From Streptosporangiaceae bacterium (GTDB lineage Bacteria; Actinomycetota; Actinomycetes; Streptosporangiales; JBOHCT01): 56,021 nt of DNA. Positions 24,684 to 32,872 of the stretch are shown here, piece by piece. Positions within the stretch are counted from its first letter, which is position 1; every line of letters starts with the position of its first letter. The notes beneath the pieces were generated by a model. The model searched no databases. It saw only the letters and a list, made by a program, of their open reading frames with translations, and was not told the DNA's origin. The stretch covers positions 1 through 56,021 of the forward strand of contig JBOHCT010000002.1 of the NCBI GenBank assembly GCA_050699055.1, in the 5' to 3' direction. The position numbers and the translations under genes are program-made.

Positions 24684-25808
24684 TCAACCCATGCCGTCAC
24701 CACTCTCGTGGATGACGACACCGCGGATGTTCTTCCCCTCCCGCATGTCGCGATAGCCGTCGTTGACCTGGTCGAGCCGGTACCGCCGGGTAATCAGCTC
24801 ATCGAGCTTGAGGTCACCGGATCGGTACAGACCCAGAAGCCTCGGGATGTCGTAGAGCGGGTTCGCCGCGCCGAAAAGAGCGCCCTGGACCCGCTTCTGC
24901 CAACCGGTCAGGGGACCGCCCGGCAGCTGTACGACCATCTCGCCCCGACTGCCGACCCCGGTGACGGTCACCTGGCTCGTCTTGCCGACGATGTCCACCC
25001 CGCGCCGCACGACCTCCGCGTTCATCTCGCCCACGGTCAGGATCGCGTGATCGGCGAGCTGTCCACGGGTGAGCTCGACGACCAGCTCGTGAGCCTCGTC
25101 GGGGTCGGACGTGGCGTGCGTGGCACCGAACTTCTGCGCCGACTCCAGCTTGAACGCCACCGGATCGACCGCGACGATGTTCTTCGCGCCCGCGTAGCTC
25201 GCTCCCTGAACGGCGTTGATGCCGACGCCCCCGACACCGAAGACCACGACGGTGTCGCCGGGCCGCACGCCCGCCGCGTAGACGGCGGAGCCCCACCCCG
25301 TCGTCACGCCGCAGCCGACCAGGGCAGCCACGTCGAACGGGATGTCCTCGCCCACCTTCACGCACGACCACTCGGAGAGCACGGCATACCGCGAGAACGT
25401 CCCGAGCACACAGAAGGCACCCAGATCCCGATCGCCTTCATGGAAGCGGTACGTGCCGTCGGTCAGACAGCCCACGGCGGCGTTCAGCCCCGCGTCGCAC
25501 ATGTTCTGATGGCCGGTCGAGCAGTAACGGCAGGTCCCGCAGACAGGGACGAACGAGCACACGATGTGGTCGCCCACCCCCACCCGCGTGACACCCGGAC
25601 CGACCGCCTCGACAACGCCGGCACCCTCGTGCCCGCCGACCATGGGCAGCCGGACCGGCGCGGCCCCGGTCCGCGCGTGCTCGTCGGAGTGGCACAGGCC
25701 GGCGGCCGCGAACCGAACGAGCACCTCCCGTGCCTTCGGCGGATCGAGGGACAGCTCGGTCACGTCCCACTGGCCAGGTCGGTGCAGGACCGCCGCCCGA
25801 GTCTTCAC
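24684..25808 (-). CDS. Zn-dependent alcohol dehydrogenase (class III / NDMA-dependent-ADH-like), paralog 1
   Basis: GTG start at 25808 overlaps the P3 stop (GTGA). 'GLCHSDEH', 'GHEGAGVVEAVG', 'CGTCRYCSTGHQNMC', 'VFGVGGVGINAVQGA' and the C-terminal 'GYRDMREGKNIRGVVIH'. Confidence 0.9.
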   Translation of the reverse strand: MKTRAAVLHRPGQWDVTELSLDPPKAREVLVRFAAAGLCHSDEHARTGAAPVRLPMVGGHEGAGVVEAVGPGVTRVGVGDHIVCSFVPVCGTCRYCSTGHQNMCDAGLNAAVGCLTDGTYRFHEGDRDLGAFCVLGTFSRYAVLSEWSCVKVGEDIPFDVAALVGCGVTTGWGSAVYAAGVRPGDTVVVFGVGGVGINAVQGASYAGAKNIVAVDPVAFKLESAQKFGATHATSDPDEAHELVVELTRGQLADHAILTVGEMNAEVVRRGVDIVGKTSQVTVTGVGSRGEMVVQLPGGPLTGWQKRVQGALFGAANPLYDIPRLLGLYRSGDLKLDELITRRYRLDQVNDGYRDMREGKNIRGVVIHESGDGMG

Positions 25809-26929
25809 GTCGCCACTCCCCAATCTGCGGATCCCGCCGCGGTTCCCGCTGCTCGGGCCGCGGCACGGTCGCTCGAGACCTCCTCCACGGGGATCGCGGT
25901 CCCCGACCACTCACCGAAGACCCGCACGACCATCGAGATGGCCGCGTTCTTGGCCCCGGCGACGACGATCGGCACGTGCCGGGGCGAGGGGAGAATGGGC
26001 GAGAAATCGTCCGCGTCGACGTCCGACGGCTCGCCGGCGTCCGTACCGGTCGCTTTCTTGTGCTGTGCGGCCTTACCGGCCCGTTCGAGGGCGGTGAAGG
26101 TGCATCCGCAGTGCTCCATGAACCAGGCCTGGACGTCGGCCTTGGCGTACCCGGCGCCGGCGAGAAGCTGGGCATGCTCGGGGCTCAGGACCACCGCACA
26201 CGAGGTGTCCCGGAAGATCAGCGCGCCCGTGCGCGAGATCGTGTCAGCGAAGTCCCACAGAACCTGCTCGGCGTCGTGGGTGTGCCGGTTGTCGACGAAC
26301 TCACAGGTACGGGTCAGCGTCGCCGACACCGCGCTCGAGCCCGACGGCTGCCCCCCGTCCACGCACAGCGGCTCCCACGGACTCTCCTCCTCGTTCTCGG
26401 CGACACAGACCGACCAACGCCCAGGGAGACCCTGTGTGGCCTGCTCGAAGACGTGCGGACGGACGCCGAAGGCGTTGCGGACGATGAGCCCGACGGCGCG
26501 GGCGACGGTGGCGTTCGCCCGGAACCCCGGCCCGAACACCCCGCCGCGGCTGTTGAACCCGAGGCCGGCGCGGATCGGACCGTTCACCACGATGAGCGGC
26601 GACGGGCCGCTGGTACTCTGCCACCCACCTCCCTCCGCCGCCCGCTCGCGCATCAGCGCCTCGAACGCGGCCAACACCACAGGGAAGTACTCGGGCCGAC
26701 AGCCCGCCATCGCGGCGTTGATGGCCGCCAGCTCGACCGTGCACTCGCCGTTCAGATGTGTGAGACGGCCGATGACCTCGTCGGGAGCGCGGCTCGTGCG
26801 ACCCAGGAAGCGGTCGACGAGCGGCTGTGAGGCGGGGGCGAGCGGCAGCCCGTCCGACCAGTCCTGCTCGTAGCAGTATTCGATCACTCGCTGGGCGGCG
26901 TCCGGGTCGAGGTCGGAAGCCTCCGCCAT
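25805..26929 (-). CDS. Uncharacterised conserved protein, paralog P3 of 3
   Basis: Start ATG 26929 overlaps the CGSC gene stop (ATGA). 'SDGLPLAPAS', 'MAGCRPEYFPVVLAA', 'PLIVVNGPIR', 'RANATVARAVGL' and 'ENEEESPWEPLCV'. The ORF-track N-terminal extension is rejected. Confidence 0.8.
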   Translation of the reverse strand: MAEASDLDPDAAQRVIEYCYEQDWSDGLPLAPASQPLVDRFLGRTSRAPDEVIGRLTHLNGECTVELAAINAAMAGCRPEYFPVVLAAFEALMRERAAEGGGWQSTSGPSPLIVVNGPIRAGLGFNSRGGVFGPGFRANATVARAVGLIVRNAFGVRPHVFEQATQGLPGRWSVCVAENEEESPWEPLCVDGGQPSGSSAVSATLTRTCEFVDNRHTHDAEQVLWDFADTISRTGALIFRDTSCAVVLSPEHAQLLAGAGYAKADVQAWFMEHCGCTFTALERAGKAAQHKKATGTDAGEPSDVDADDFSPILPSPRHVPIVVAGAKNAAISMVVRVFGEWSGTAIPVEEVSSDRAAARAAGTAAGSADWGVAT

Positions 26930-27477
26930 CAGGCAGCCCCTCGCTGCTCCACGGCGACCATGAGGGATACGACGTCGGGCAGGGCACGCCCGGCACGCTC
27001 GCGCACCTCGTCCGGGGTGAGCACGGCGACCGGGTGTGGCGTCGTAGCGTAGCGGTAGCCTGGCGCGCCCTGGACGCGGGCCATCGCGTCGCTGGTCGCC
27101 GTGAAGGCATCGCTGCAGACCACCGCGCTGGGGATGCCGCGCCCTTCGAAGAGCAGACCGTCCGCGACCGCCGCCGCGCTGCACGACCCGCAGTCGCCCA
27201 CACCCGTGACGACGACATCACACTGGCCAGCCATCTCCTCGACGACCTCGTCGGGGGCGGGGGCGGTGATCGGGCCCGTCTTCCTCCGGGTCACCACGTC
27301 CGCGGCGCCCTCGCGGTCCACCAGCAGCCGACCCAGCTCCTCGAGAAAGAGATCGGCGTTCCGTTTGGTGTTGACCAGCAGCCCCACCGTCGCTCCGCGA
27401 AGGTCCGGGCGCCGCGACGCCTGCACCGCCCGCTTGCTGCTGACCTTTCCCGTTGGATCCAGAACCGCGTTCGCCAT
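26929..27477 (-). CDS. CGSC-motif protein (Cys paralog of the UGSC protein)
   Basis: Start ATG 27477 lies 9 nt after a perfect AAGGAG. '...RGATVGLLVNTKRNADLFLEELG...CDVVVTGVGDCGSCSAAAV...GRGIPSAVVCSDAF'. Confidence 0.8.
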   Translation of the reverse strand: MANAVLDPTGKVSSKRAVQASRRPDLRGATVGLLVNTKRNADLFLEELGRLLVDREGAADVVTRRKTGPITAPAPDEVVEEMAGQCDVVVTGVGDCGSCSAAAVADGLLFEGRGIPSAVVCSDAFTATSDAMARVQGAPGYRYATTPHPVAVLTPDEVRERAGRALPDVVSLMVAVEQRGAA

Positions 27478-27530
27478 CTCGGGCTTCTCCTTACCTAGAG
27501 CGCCCATCCGTACGGACGATCCGTTGGACC

Positions 27531-27567
27531 CCCACCAGTATTCGACTTTAATATGACGACCGTCAAG
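27531..27567 (-). promoter_or_regulatory. Conserved promoter/operator-like element, copy a (CCCACCAGTATTCGAC-N8-GACGACCGTCAAG on the + strand)
   Basis: Near-identical to 34666-34702 with identical spacing. Read on the minus strand it gives TTGACG-N18-AATACT upstream of the CGSC operon. Confidence 0.55.
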
Positions 27568-27613
27568 ACTTGAGACCTGGTTTTAGGGGCTGCGGGGTAC
27601 TCGTTTCAAGCTC

Positions 27614-28540
27614 TCAGCTCACCTGGGGAAGCACCTCGCGGCCGAGCAGGCGGATGTGCTCCAGGTCGGCGACGTCGTAGATGTGAAAGTAGACGGTGTC
27701 GATGCCCAGTGAGGAAAGCTTGCCGAGGTGGCCGACCACGTCCTCTGGCACGCCGACCACGCCCTGGCGCAGGAGCCTGGCGGCTGGTTCCCCGACCGCG
27801 GTGGCGCGCCGCTCGGCCTCGGCCCGTGTCGCGCCAAGGCAGACCGGGAGCAGGGTCGACAGTCTGACGGTGGCGGGGTCCCGCCCGACCTCCGCGCAGA
27901 TACGAAGGAAGCCCGCGATGTGCTTCCCCCGATCTTCGCCGAAGGCCGCGTTGAACTCATCGGCGAACCGGGCGGCGAGCGTGGGTGTCCGACGCGGGCC
28001 CGAGCCCCCGATGACCAGCGGCGGGCGGGGCTGCTGGGCGGGCCTCGGGAAGTTGGCGCACCCGTCGATGCGGTAGTGCTCGCCCTCGAAGGTGAAACGC
28101 TCGCCCGGAGACGTCGCCCACAGCCCCGAGATGACGGCCAGCTGCTCCTCGAGGCGGTCGAAGCGCTCACCCGTGGGCGGAAAGGGCATGCCGAAGGACT
28201 CGTGCTCGCGCGCATACCAGCCCGCGCCGATGCCGAGCTCGACGCGTCCGCCGCTCATCGCGTCGACTGTGGCGACGCTCACGGCGAGCGGGCCGGGGTG
28301 CCGGAAGGTCGCGGCGGTCACCAAGGTGCCGAGCCGCACCCGTGTGGTCTCTCTCGCCAGCCCGGCGAGCGTCGTCCAGGAGTCGGTCGGCAGGTAGGAG
28401 GTGTCCGCGGCGTCGACACCAAGATAGTGGTCGGAGCGGAAGAAGGCGTCGAAGCCGGCCTCCTCGGTGGCCCGCGCCAGGGCCAGGACCTGCTCGTAGG
28501 TCGCCCCGTGGCGCGGCTCCATCAGTACCCGTAGCCTCAT
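27614..28540 (-). CDS. LLM-class F420-dependent oxidoreductase (luciferase-like)
   Basis: Start ATG 28540, 'MRLRVLMEPRHGATYEQVLALARATEEAGFDAFFRSDHY' and 'GRVELGIGAGW'. Confidence 0.85.
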   Translation of the reverse strand: MRLRVLMEPRHGATYEQVLALARATEEAGFDAFFRSDHYLGVDAADTSYLPTDSWTTLAGLARETTRVRLGTLVTAATFRHPGPLAVSVATVDAMSGGRVELGIGAGWYAREHESFGMPFPPTGERFDRLEEQLAVISGLWATSPGERFTFEGEHYRIDGCANFPRPAQQPRPPLVIGGSGPRRTPTLAARFADEFNAAFGEDRGKHIAGFLRICAEVGRDPATVRLSTLLPVCLGATRAEAERRATAVGEPAARLLRQGVVGVPEDVVGHLGKLSSLGIDTVYFHIYDVADLEHIRLLGREVLPQVS

Positions 28541-28606
28541 GCTGGACTCCTCGTCGTCGCTGGCGGGTAGCCGGTCGCCGACCGCCATGCCGTTACTCGG
28601 TGGCGC

Positions 28607-29713
28607 TTAGCGCGCGCTGGTGGTGGCCCGGGTGGGCTCGTGGTCTTCCTCCTGCCCCGCAGGAAAATGACACGCCACGGCATGGTCGTCCCCGAGGATG
28701 CGCAGCGGCGGCTCCTCGACCGCGCAGCGCTCCTGCGCGCGGGGGCAACGGGTGCGAAATCGGCACCCGCTCGGCGGGTCGATCGGGGAGGGGGGCTCCC
28801 CACTGATCGCCCCCTCCGCTCTCGCCCTCGACGAGGTGGGGTCGGGATCGGGGATGGAGGCGAGGAGCGCCAGCGTGTAGGGGTGCAGGGGTCCCCGGTA
28901 GAGAGACTCGGCGGGACCGATCTCGCAGAGCTTGCCGAGGTACATGACCGCGACCCGGTCGCTCACCTGCTTGACGAGCGTGAGGTCGTGCGCGATGAAC
29001 AGGTAGGCGAGACCGAGTTCGGTACGTAGCTCCTCGAAGAGGTTGAGCACCTGCGCCTGGATCAGGACGTCGAGCGACGAGACCGGCTCGTCGCAGACGA
29101 TGAGGTCCGGGCCGAGGGTGAGCGCGCGGGCGATGGCGACCCGTTGGCACTGGCCACCCGAGAGCGCCCGAGGCCGGCGGCTGCCGTAGGTGCGCGGGTC
29201 GAGGCCGACGAGGTCGAGCACCGTGTCCACCCGGCGCCGGCGTTCCGCCCTGCTACCCACCTTGTAGGCGACAAGCGGCTCCTCGACGATCTGCGACACC
29301 CGCCACTTCGGGTTGAGCGAACCGAACGGGTCCTGAAAGACCATCTGCATGTGACGACGGGCCTCGAGGAGCTGACGCCGGCCCAGTTTGACGAGGTCCT
29401 TTCCACGGAAGAACACCTCACCCGACTTCGGCTTCGGAGCCTGCAACAACGACCTCGCCAGCGTCGACTTCCCGGAGCCCGTCTCGCCGACGACGCCCAC
29501 GGTCTCGCCGGACCGTACGTCGAAGGACACGTCGGAGACGGCCTGCACGACGCCGCCCTTGACGCCTCCGCTGCCGCGGACGACGAACTCCTGCACGACG
29601 TGCCGGGCTTCGAGCAAGGCCTCGCCCCGCAGCGCCGGGTGAGCGGCGGCGCCTCGCTCTTTGTCGGGCTCTCTCTCGCCCCGCTCGTTCTCGTTGGACG
29701 CTCTAGGCTTCAC
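28607..29713 (-). CDS. Peptide/nickel ABC transporter ATP-binding protein (DppF/OppF-like)
   Basis: Walker A 'GETGSGKST', signature 'LSGGQCQR', Walker B 'LIVCDEPVSSLD', and an oligopeptide C-terminal domain with 'PPSGCRFRTRCP'. The GTG start overlaps the dppD-like stop. Confidence 0.85.
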   Translation of the reverse strand: MKPRASNENERGEREPDKERGAAAHPALRGEALLEARHVVQEFVVRGSGGVKGGVVQAVSDVSFDVRSGETVGVVGETGSGKSTLARSLLQAPKPKSGEVFFRGKDLVKLGRRQLLEARRHMQMVFQDPFGSLNPKWRVSQIVEEPLVAYKVGSRAERRRRVDTVLDLVGLDPRTYGSRRPRALSGGQCQRVAIARALTLGPDLIVCDEPVSSLDVLIQAQVLNLFEELRTELGLAYLFIAHDLTLVKQVSDRVAVMYLGKLCEIGPAESLYRGPLHPYTLALLASIPDPDPTSSRARAEGAISGEPPSPIDPPSGCRFRTRCPRAQERCAVEEPPLRILGDDHAVACHFPAGQEEDHEPTRATTSAR

Positions 29714-30858
29714 TGCGGCTCTCCGTCTTCGCAGGGGTACCAGCAAGCCCACCAGTGGGCTGGTTCGTGCTCTTCGAAGGGCGGGGACGCCTCCTGACAG
29801 GTGTCGCGTGCGCTCGGGCAGCGGGGGGCGAACGGGCAGCCGACCGCGAGCGTCGTGAGGTCGGGAGGCCGACCGTGGACGACGGGGAGGGGGGAATGCG
29901 GGGGCCGCTCGATCCGTGGAACCGCTTCGAGGAGGACCTTGGTATAGGGCATTCGGACGTGCGCGAAGAGCTGCCGTGTCGGCGCGCGTTCCACGGCCCG
30001 CCCGGCGTACATCACGACGATCTCGTCGGCGTAGCTGGCCGCCAGCCCGAGGTCGTGACTGATCATGATGAGACCCATGCCGAGTCGCCCCTGAAGCTCG
30101 AGGAGCAGGTCCATGATCTGCGCCTGCGTCGTGACGTCAAGCGCGGTGGTGGCTTCGTCGGCGATGAGCAGCCGCGGACGTGAGGCGAGCGCGATCGCGA
30201 TCACCACGCGCTGCCGCATTCCTCCGGAGAGCTGATGGGGGTACTCAGCGAACCGCTGCTCGGGGGCGGGCAAGCGAACGAGCCGGAGCAGCTCGACGGC
30301 CCGCTCCTGTGCCGCTCGCCTGCCAGCGGCAGCAGCGGTACCAGCGGTACCAGCGGCACCAGCGGCACCAGCGGCACCAGCGGCACCAGCGGCACCAGCG
30401 GCACCAGCGGCACCAGCGGCACCAGCGGCACCAGCGGCACCAGCGGCACCGGTGGCACTGTGCGCGCGGATCGCCTCGGTGATCTGTGCCCCGACCCGCA
30501 TGGTCGGGTTGAGTGAGCGGGCAGGGTCCTGAAACACCATCGCGAGGTCGGCTCCGCGGTGCCGCCGCATCTCCTTGTCGGACAGCCCGAGCAGCTCCTC
30601 GTCATCGAAGCGGGCGGAACCGGTGACCGAAGCGGTCTCCGGCAGCAGCCCCATCAAGGCGCGGGCGCCCACGGTCTTCCCCGACCCCGACTCGCCGACG
30701 ATCGCGAGTGTCTGCCCGTCGAGGAGCTCGTAGCTGAGCCCGTTCACGGCCCACACCTGCCGGTCACGCAGGCGGAAGCGGACCCAGAGGTCACGAACCT
30801 TGAGCAGCGGCGCCGTGGGTGAGCCTGAGTAACCCCGACCCTCATCCGACAACGACAT
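29710..30858 (-). CDS. Peptide/nickel ABC transporter ATP-binding protein (DppD/OppD-like) with an internal (GAA)11(GTA)2 repeat insertion
   Basis: 'GESGSGKTV', 'LSGGMRQR', '[12 protein letters not shown]' and 'GCPFAPRCP'. Start is ATG 30858 (GGGGAG Shine-Dalgarno) or 30886. Confidence 0.85.
   Translation of the reverse strand: MSLSDEGRGYSGSPTAPLLKVRDLWVRFRLRDRQVWAVNGLSYELLDGQTLAIVGESGSGKTVGARALMGLLPETASVTGSARFDDEELLGLSDKEMRRHRGADLAMVFQDPARSLNPTMRVGAQITEAIRAHSATGAAGAAGAAGAAGAAGAAGAAGAAGAAGAAGAAGTAGTAAAAGRRAAQERAVELLRLVRLPAPEQRFAEYPHQLSGGMRQRVVIAIALASRPRLLIADEATTALDVTTQAQIMDLLLELQGRLGMGLIMISHDLGLAASYADEIVVMYAGRAVERAPTRQLFAHVRMPYTKVLLEAVPRIERPPHSPLPVVHGRPPDLTTLAVGCPFAPRCPSARDTCQEASPPFEEHEPAHWWACWYPCEDGEPQ
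30334..30450. repeat. 13 x 9-bp perfect/near-perfect tandem repeat (AGCGGYACC) inside the dppD-like CDS
   Basis: Counted directly: 2 x agcggtacc followed by 11 x agcggcacc. In frame, encoding Gly-Ala-Ala / Gly-Thr-Ala triplets. Confidence 0.95.
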
Positions 30859-30920
30859 GGCACGGCTCCCCGACATCCCGAGGGTCGACTCGGCCGAAGG
30901 TTTCCGCGAACGGTTGATAC

Positions 30921-31814
30921 TCACTGGACGTTCCACCGCGCACGCAGGCCGTCCCCGAGAAGGTTGAACGCGACGACGGCGACGAAAAGGAAGGCGCTGG
31001 GGAAGAGCACCAGCCTCGGACTGGCAGAGAGGCTCTGCTGCCCCTGGTAGATCATGTTGCCCCAACTCGGGTGCGGAGGTGGGATACCGAGGCCGAGAAA
31101 GCTGAGCGCGCCTTCGAGAACGATGATGATGCCCATCCCGAGCAGGCCGAACGTCAAGAGCTGGGGAGCGATGTTGGGGGCGATGTGGCGGAAAAGGACG
31201 CGCCGAGTCCTCGTTCCCGACAGCTTCGCCGCCACCATGAACGTCTGCTCGCGCAGCCGGAGCGTGGCGGCCCGGGAGACGCGGGCGTTCGCCGGCACGC
31301 TGAAGAATACGAGAGCGAAGATCGTGTGACTCTTGCTCGGCCCGAGGCCCTGGGCGATCGCCAGCGCGAGGACGAGGGAGGGGAAGGCGATCAGCACGTC
31401 GAAGACCCGCATGATGATCGGGTCGACCTTCCCTCCCCAGTAGGCGGCGAAGGCCCCGAGGGAGCCCCCGATCAGGAGGCCGATCACTTGCACGGCGAGC
31501 GCGATCTCGAGCGAGGCACGGCCGCCGTACAGCAGGCGCGACCATATGTCGTTGCCGACCGGGCCGGTCCCGAGAAAATGCCCCGGTGACAGTGGCGGGA
31601 GGTTGGCGTCGATGACGTTTCCGCCGATCGGCTTCGGTACGGGGTAGACGACCGGCCAGAGGAAGCACGCCCCGAAGACCAGGACCAGGACACCCGCTGG
31701 AACCGCGGTCTCCAGCGACCGCGTCCATCCGCGCGCGCGGCGCGCCGGCCTCGCGGCCGCCGCCTCCATCTCGAGACTCGACGGTATGCGGGCGTCAGGC
31801 GGAACGCTGGCCAT
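30921..31814 (-). CDS. Peptide ABC transporter permease (DppC/OppC-like)
   Basis: 'HFLGTGPVGNDIWSRLLYGGRASL' and 'AAKLSGTRTRRVLFRHIAPNI'. Confidence 0.85.
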   Translation of the reverse strand: MASVPPDARIPSSLEMEAAAARPARRARGWTRSLETAVPAGVLVLVFGACFLWPVVYPVPKPIGGNVIDANLPPLSPGHFLGTGPVGNDIWSRLLYGGRASLEIALAVQVIGLLIGGSLGAFAAYWGGKVDPIIMRVFDVLIAFPSLVLALAIAQGLGPSKSHTIFALVFFSVPANARVSRAATLRLREQTFMVAAKLSGTRTRRVLFRHIAPNIAPQLLTFGLLGMGIIIVLEGALSFLGLGIPPPHPSWGNMIYQGQQSLSASPRLVLFPSAFLFVAVVAFNLLGDGLRARWNVQ

Positions 31815-32838
31815 AGCGAATCCTTGGATCCAAGACCGCGTACAGGATATCGGTGAGGAGGTTCGCGAGGACGACGATAAGGGCGAAGACGAGCACGATC
31901 GCCTCGACCACGACGACGTCGCGGTTGTCGATCGCCTGCAGGAGCTCCTGACCGATCCCGGGAAGCGCGAAGATCTGTTCGATGATGACCGTCGCTCCGA
32001 TCAGCGTGCCGAGGTTCAGCCCGACGACGGTCAAGAGCCCGAAGAGCGAGTTGCGCAGCGCGTGGCGTACGAGTACACGCCACGGGCCGATTCCCTTCGC
32101 CTTCGCCGTCACCACGTAGTCCTCGCCCTGCATCTGCTCGAGGATGTCGCCGCGCAGCAGGCGAGTGTAGAAACAGAACAGCGGGAAACCGATCGCGACC
32201 GCTGGCAGCGTGAGAGACCGGATGTTCTCCGCGAGACCCTCGCTCGGAGGCACGAAGCCGATCGCCGGCAGGATCGGCAGGTAAACCGCGAACACGATGA
32301 CGAGGACGAGCGCGAGCACGTAGTTCGCGATCGACAAGCCCATCGTGCTGACAGCCATGCTCAGCCGGTCCGCCAGGCCGCCGGGCTTGCGCGCCGCCAC
32401 CACGGCGACGGGCACGGTGAAAGCGACGGAAACGACGAAAGCGTAGAGCACCAGCTCGAATGTCACGGGCAGGCGCTGGCCCAGGATGGTCGACACCGAC
32501 TGACCGCTCGACAAGGAGGAACCGAGGTCGCCTGTCACCACGCCGTGGAGCCAGTCTCCGTAACGCACCAGGAACGGCTTGTTCAGACCGAGCTTGATCG
32601 CCAGCTGGTGCACTTGTTGCGGGGTGGCGTTGGCGCCGAGGAGCTGCCTGGCGGCGTTACCCGGCATCAGGTTCATCACCGTGAACGTGAGGAGCGTGAC
32701 ACCCCAGAGAACCGGGACCGCCGCCGCGAGACGTCTCCCGATGAGGCGGAGGCTCGGCGAGCGGGCCGCCCTCGCCACCCCGCGGATCAGCCGCTGGTCG
32801 CCGCGCAGGGCCGCGGGGGCGGGGGCGGACGTGCTCAT
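31795..32838 (-). CDS. Peptide ABC transporter permease (DppB/OppB-like)
   Basis: 'LLTFTVMNLMPGNAA', 'YVVTAKAKGIGPWRVLVRHALRNSL' and 'DILYAVLDPRIRY'. Confidence 0.85.
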   Translation of the reverse strand: MSTSAPAPAALRGDQRLIRGVARAARSPSLRLIGRRLAAAVPVLWGVTLLTFTVMNLMPGNAARQLLGANATPQQVHQLAIKLGLNKPFLVRYGDWLHGVVTGDLGSSLSSGQSVSTILGQRLPVTFELVLYAFVVSVAFTVPVAVVAARKPGGLADRLSMAVSTMGLSIANYVLALVLVIVFAVYLPILPAIGFVPPSEGLAENIRSLTLPAVAIGFPLFCFYTRLLRGDILEQMQGEDYVVTAKAKGIGPWRVLVRHALRNSLFGLLTVVGLNLGTLIGATVIIEQIFALPGIGQELLQAIDNRDVVVVEAIVLVFALIVVLANLLTDILYAVLDPRIRYGQRSA

Positions 32839-32872
32839 CCCCGCCCCCGCCGCGGCCCCGACTTCGTATCGC

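Noticed and set aside
24708-26873. 721-aa + strand ORF across the ADH and P3 genes
   Set aside because: It is antisense to two genes that have clear family motifs and paralogs, and it has no motifs of its own.
30334-30450. Possible CRISPR array or minisatellite
   Set aside because: The units are 9 bp with no spacers, lie inside a conserved ABC ATPase CDS and preserve the reading frame. It is a coding tandem repeat, not a CRISPR array.
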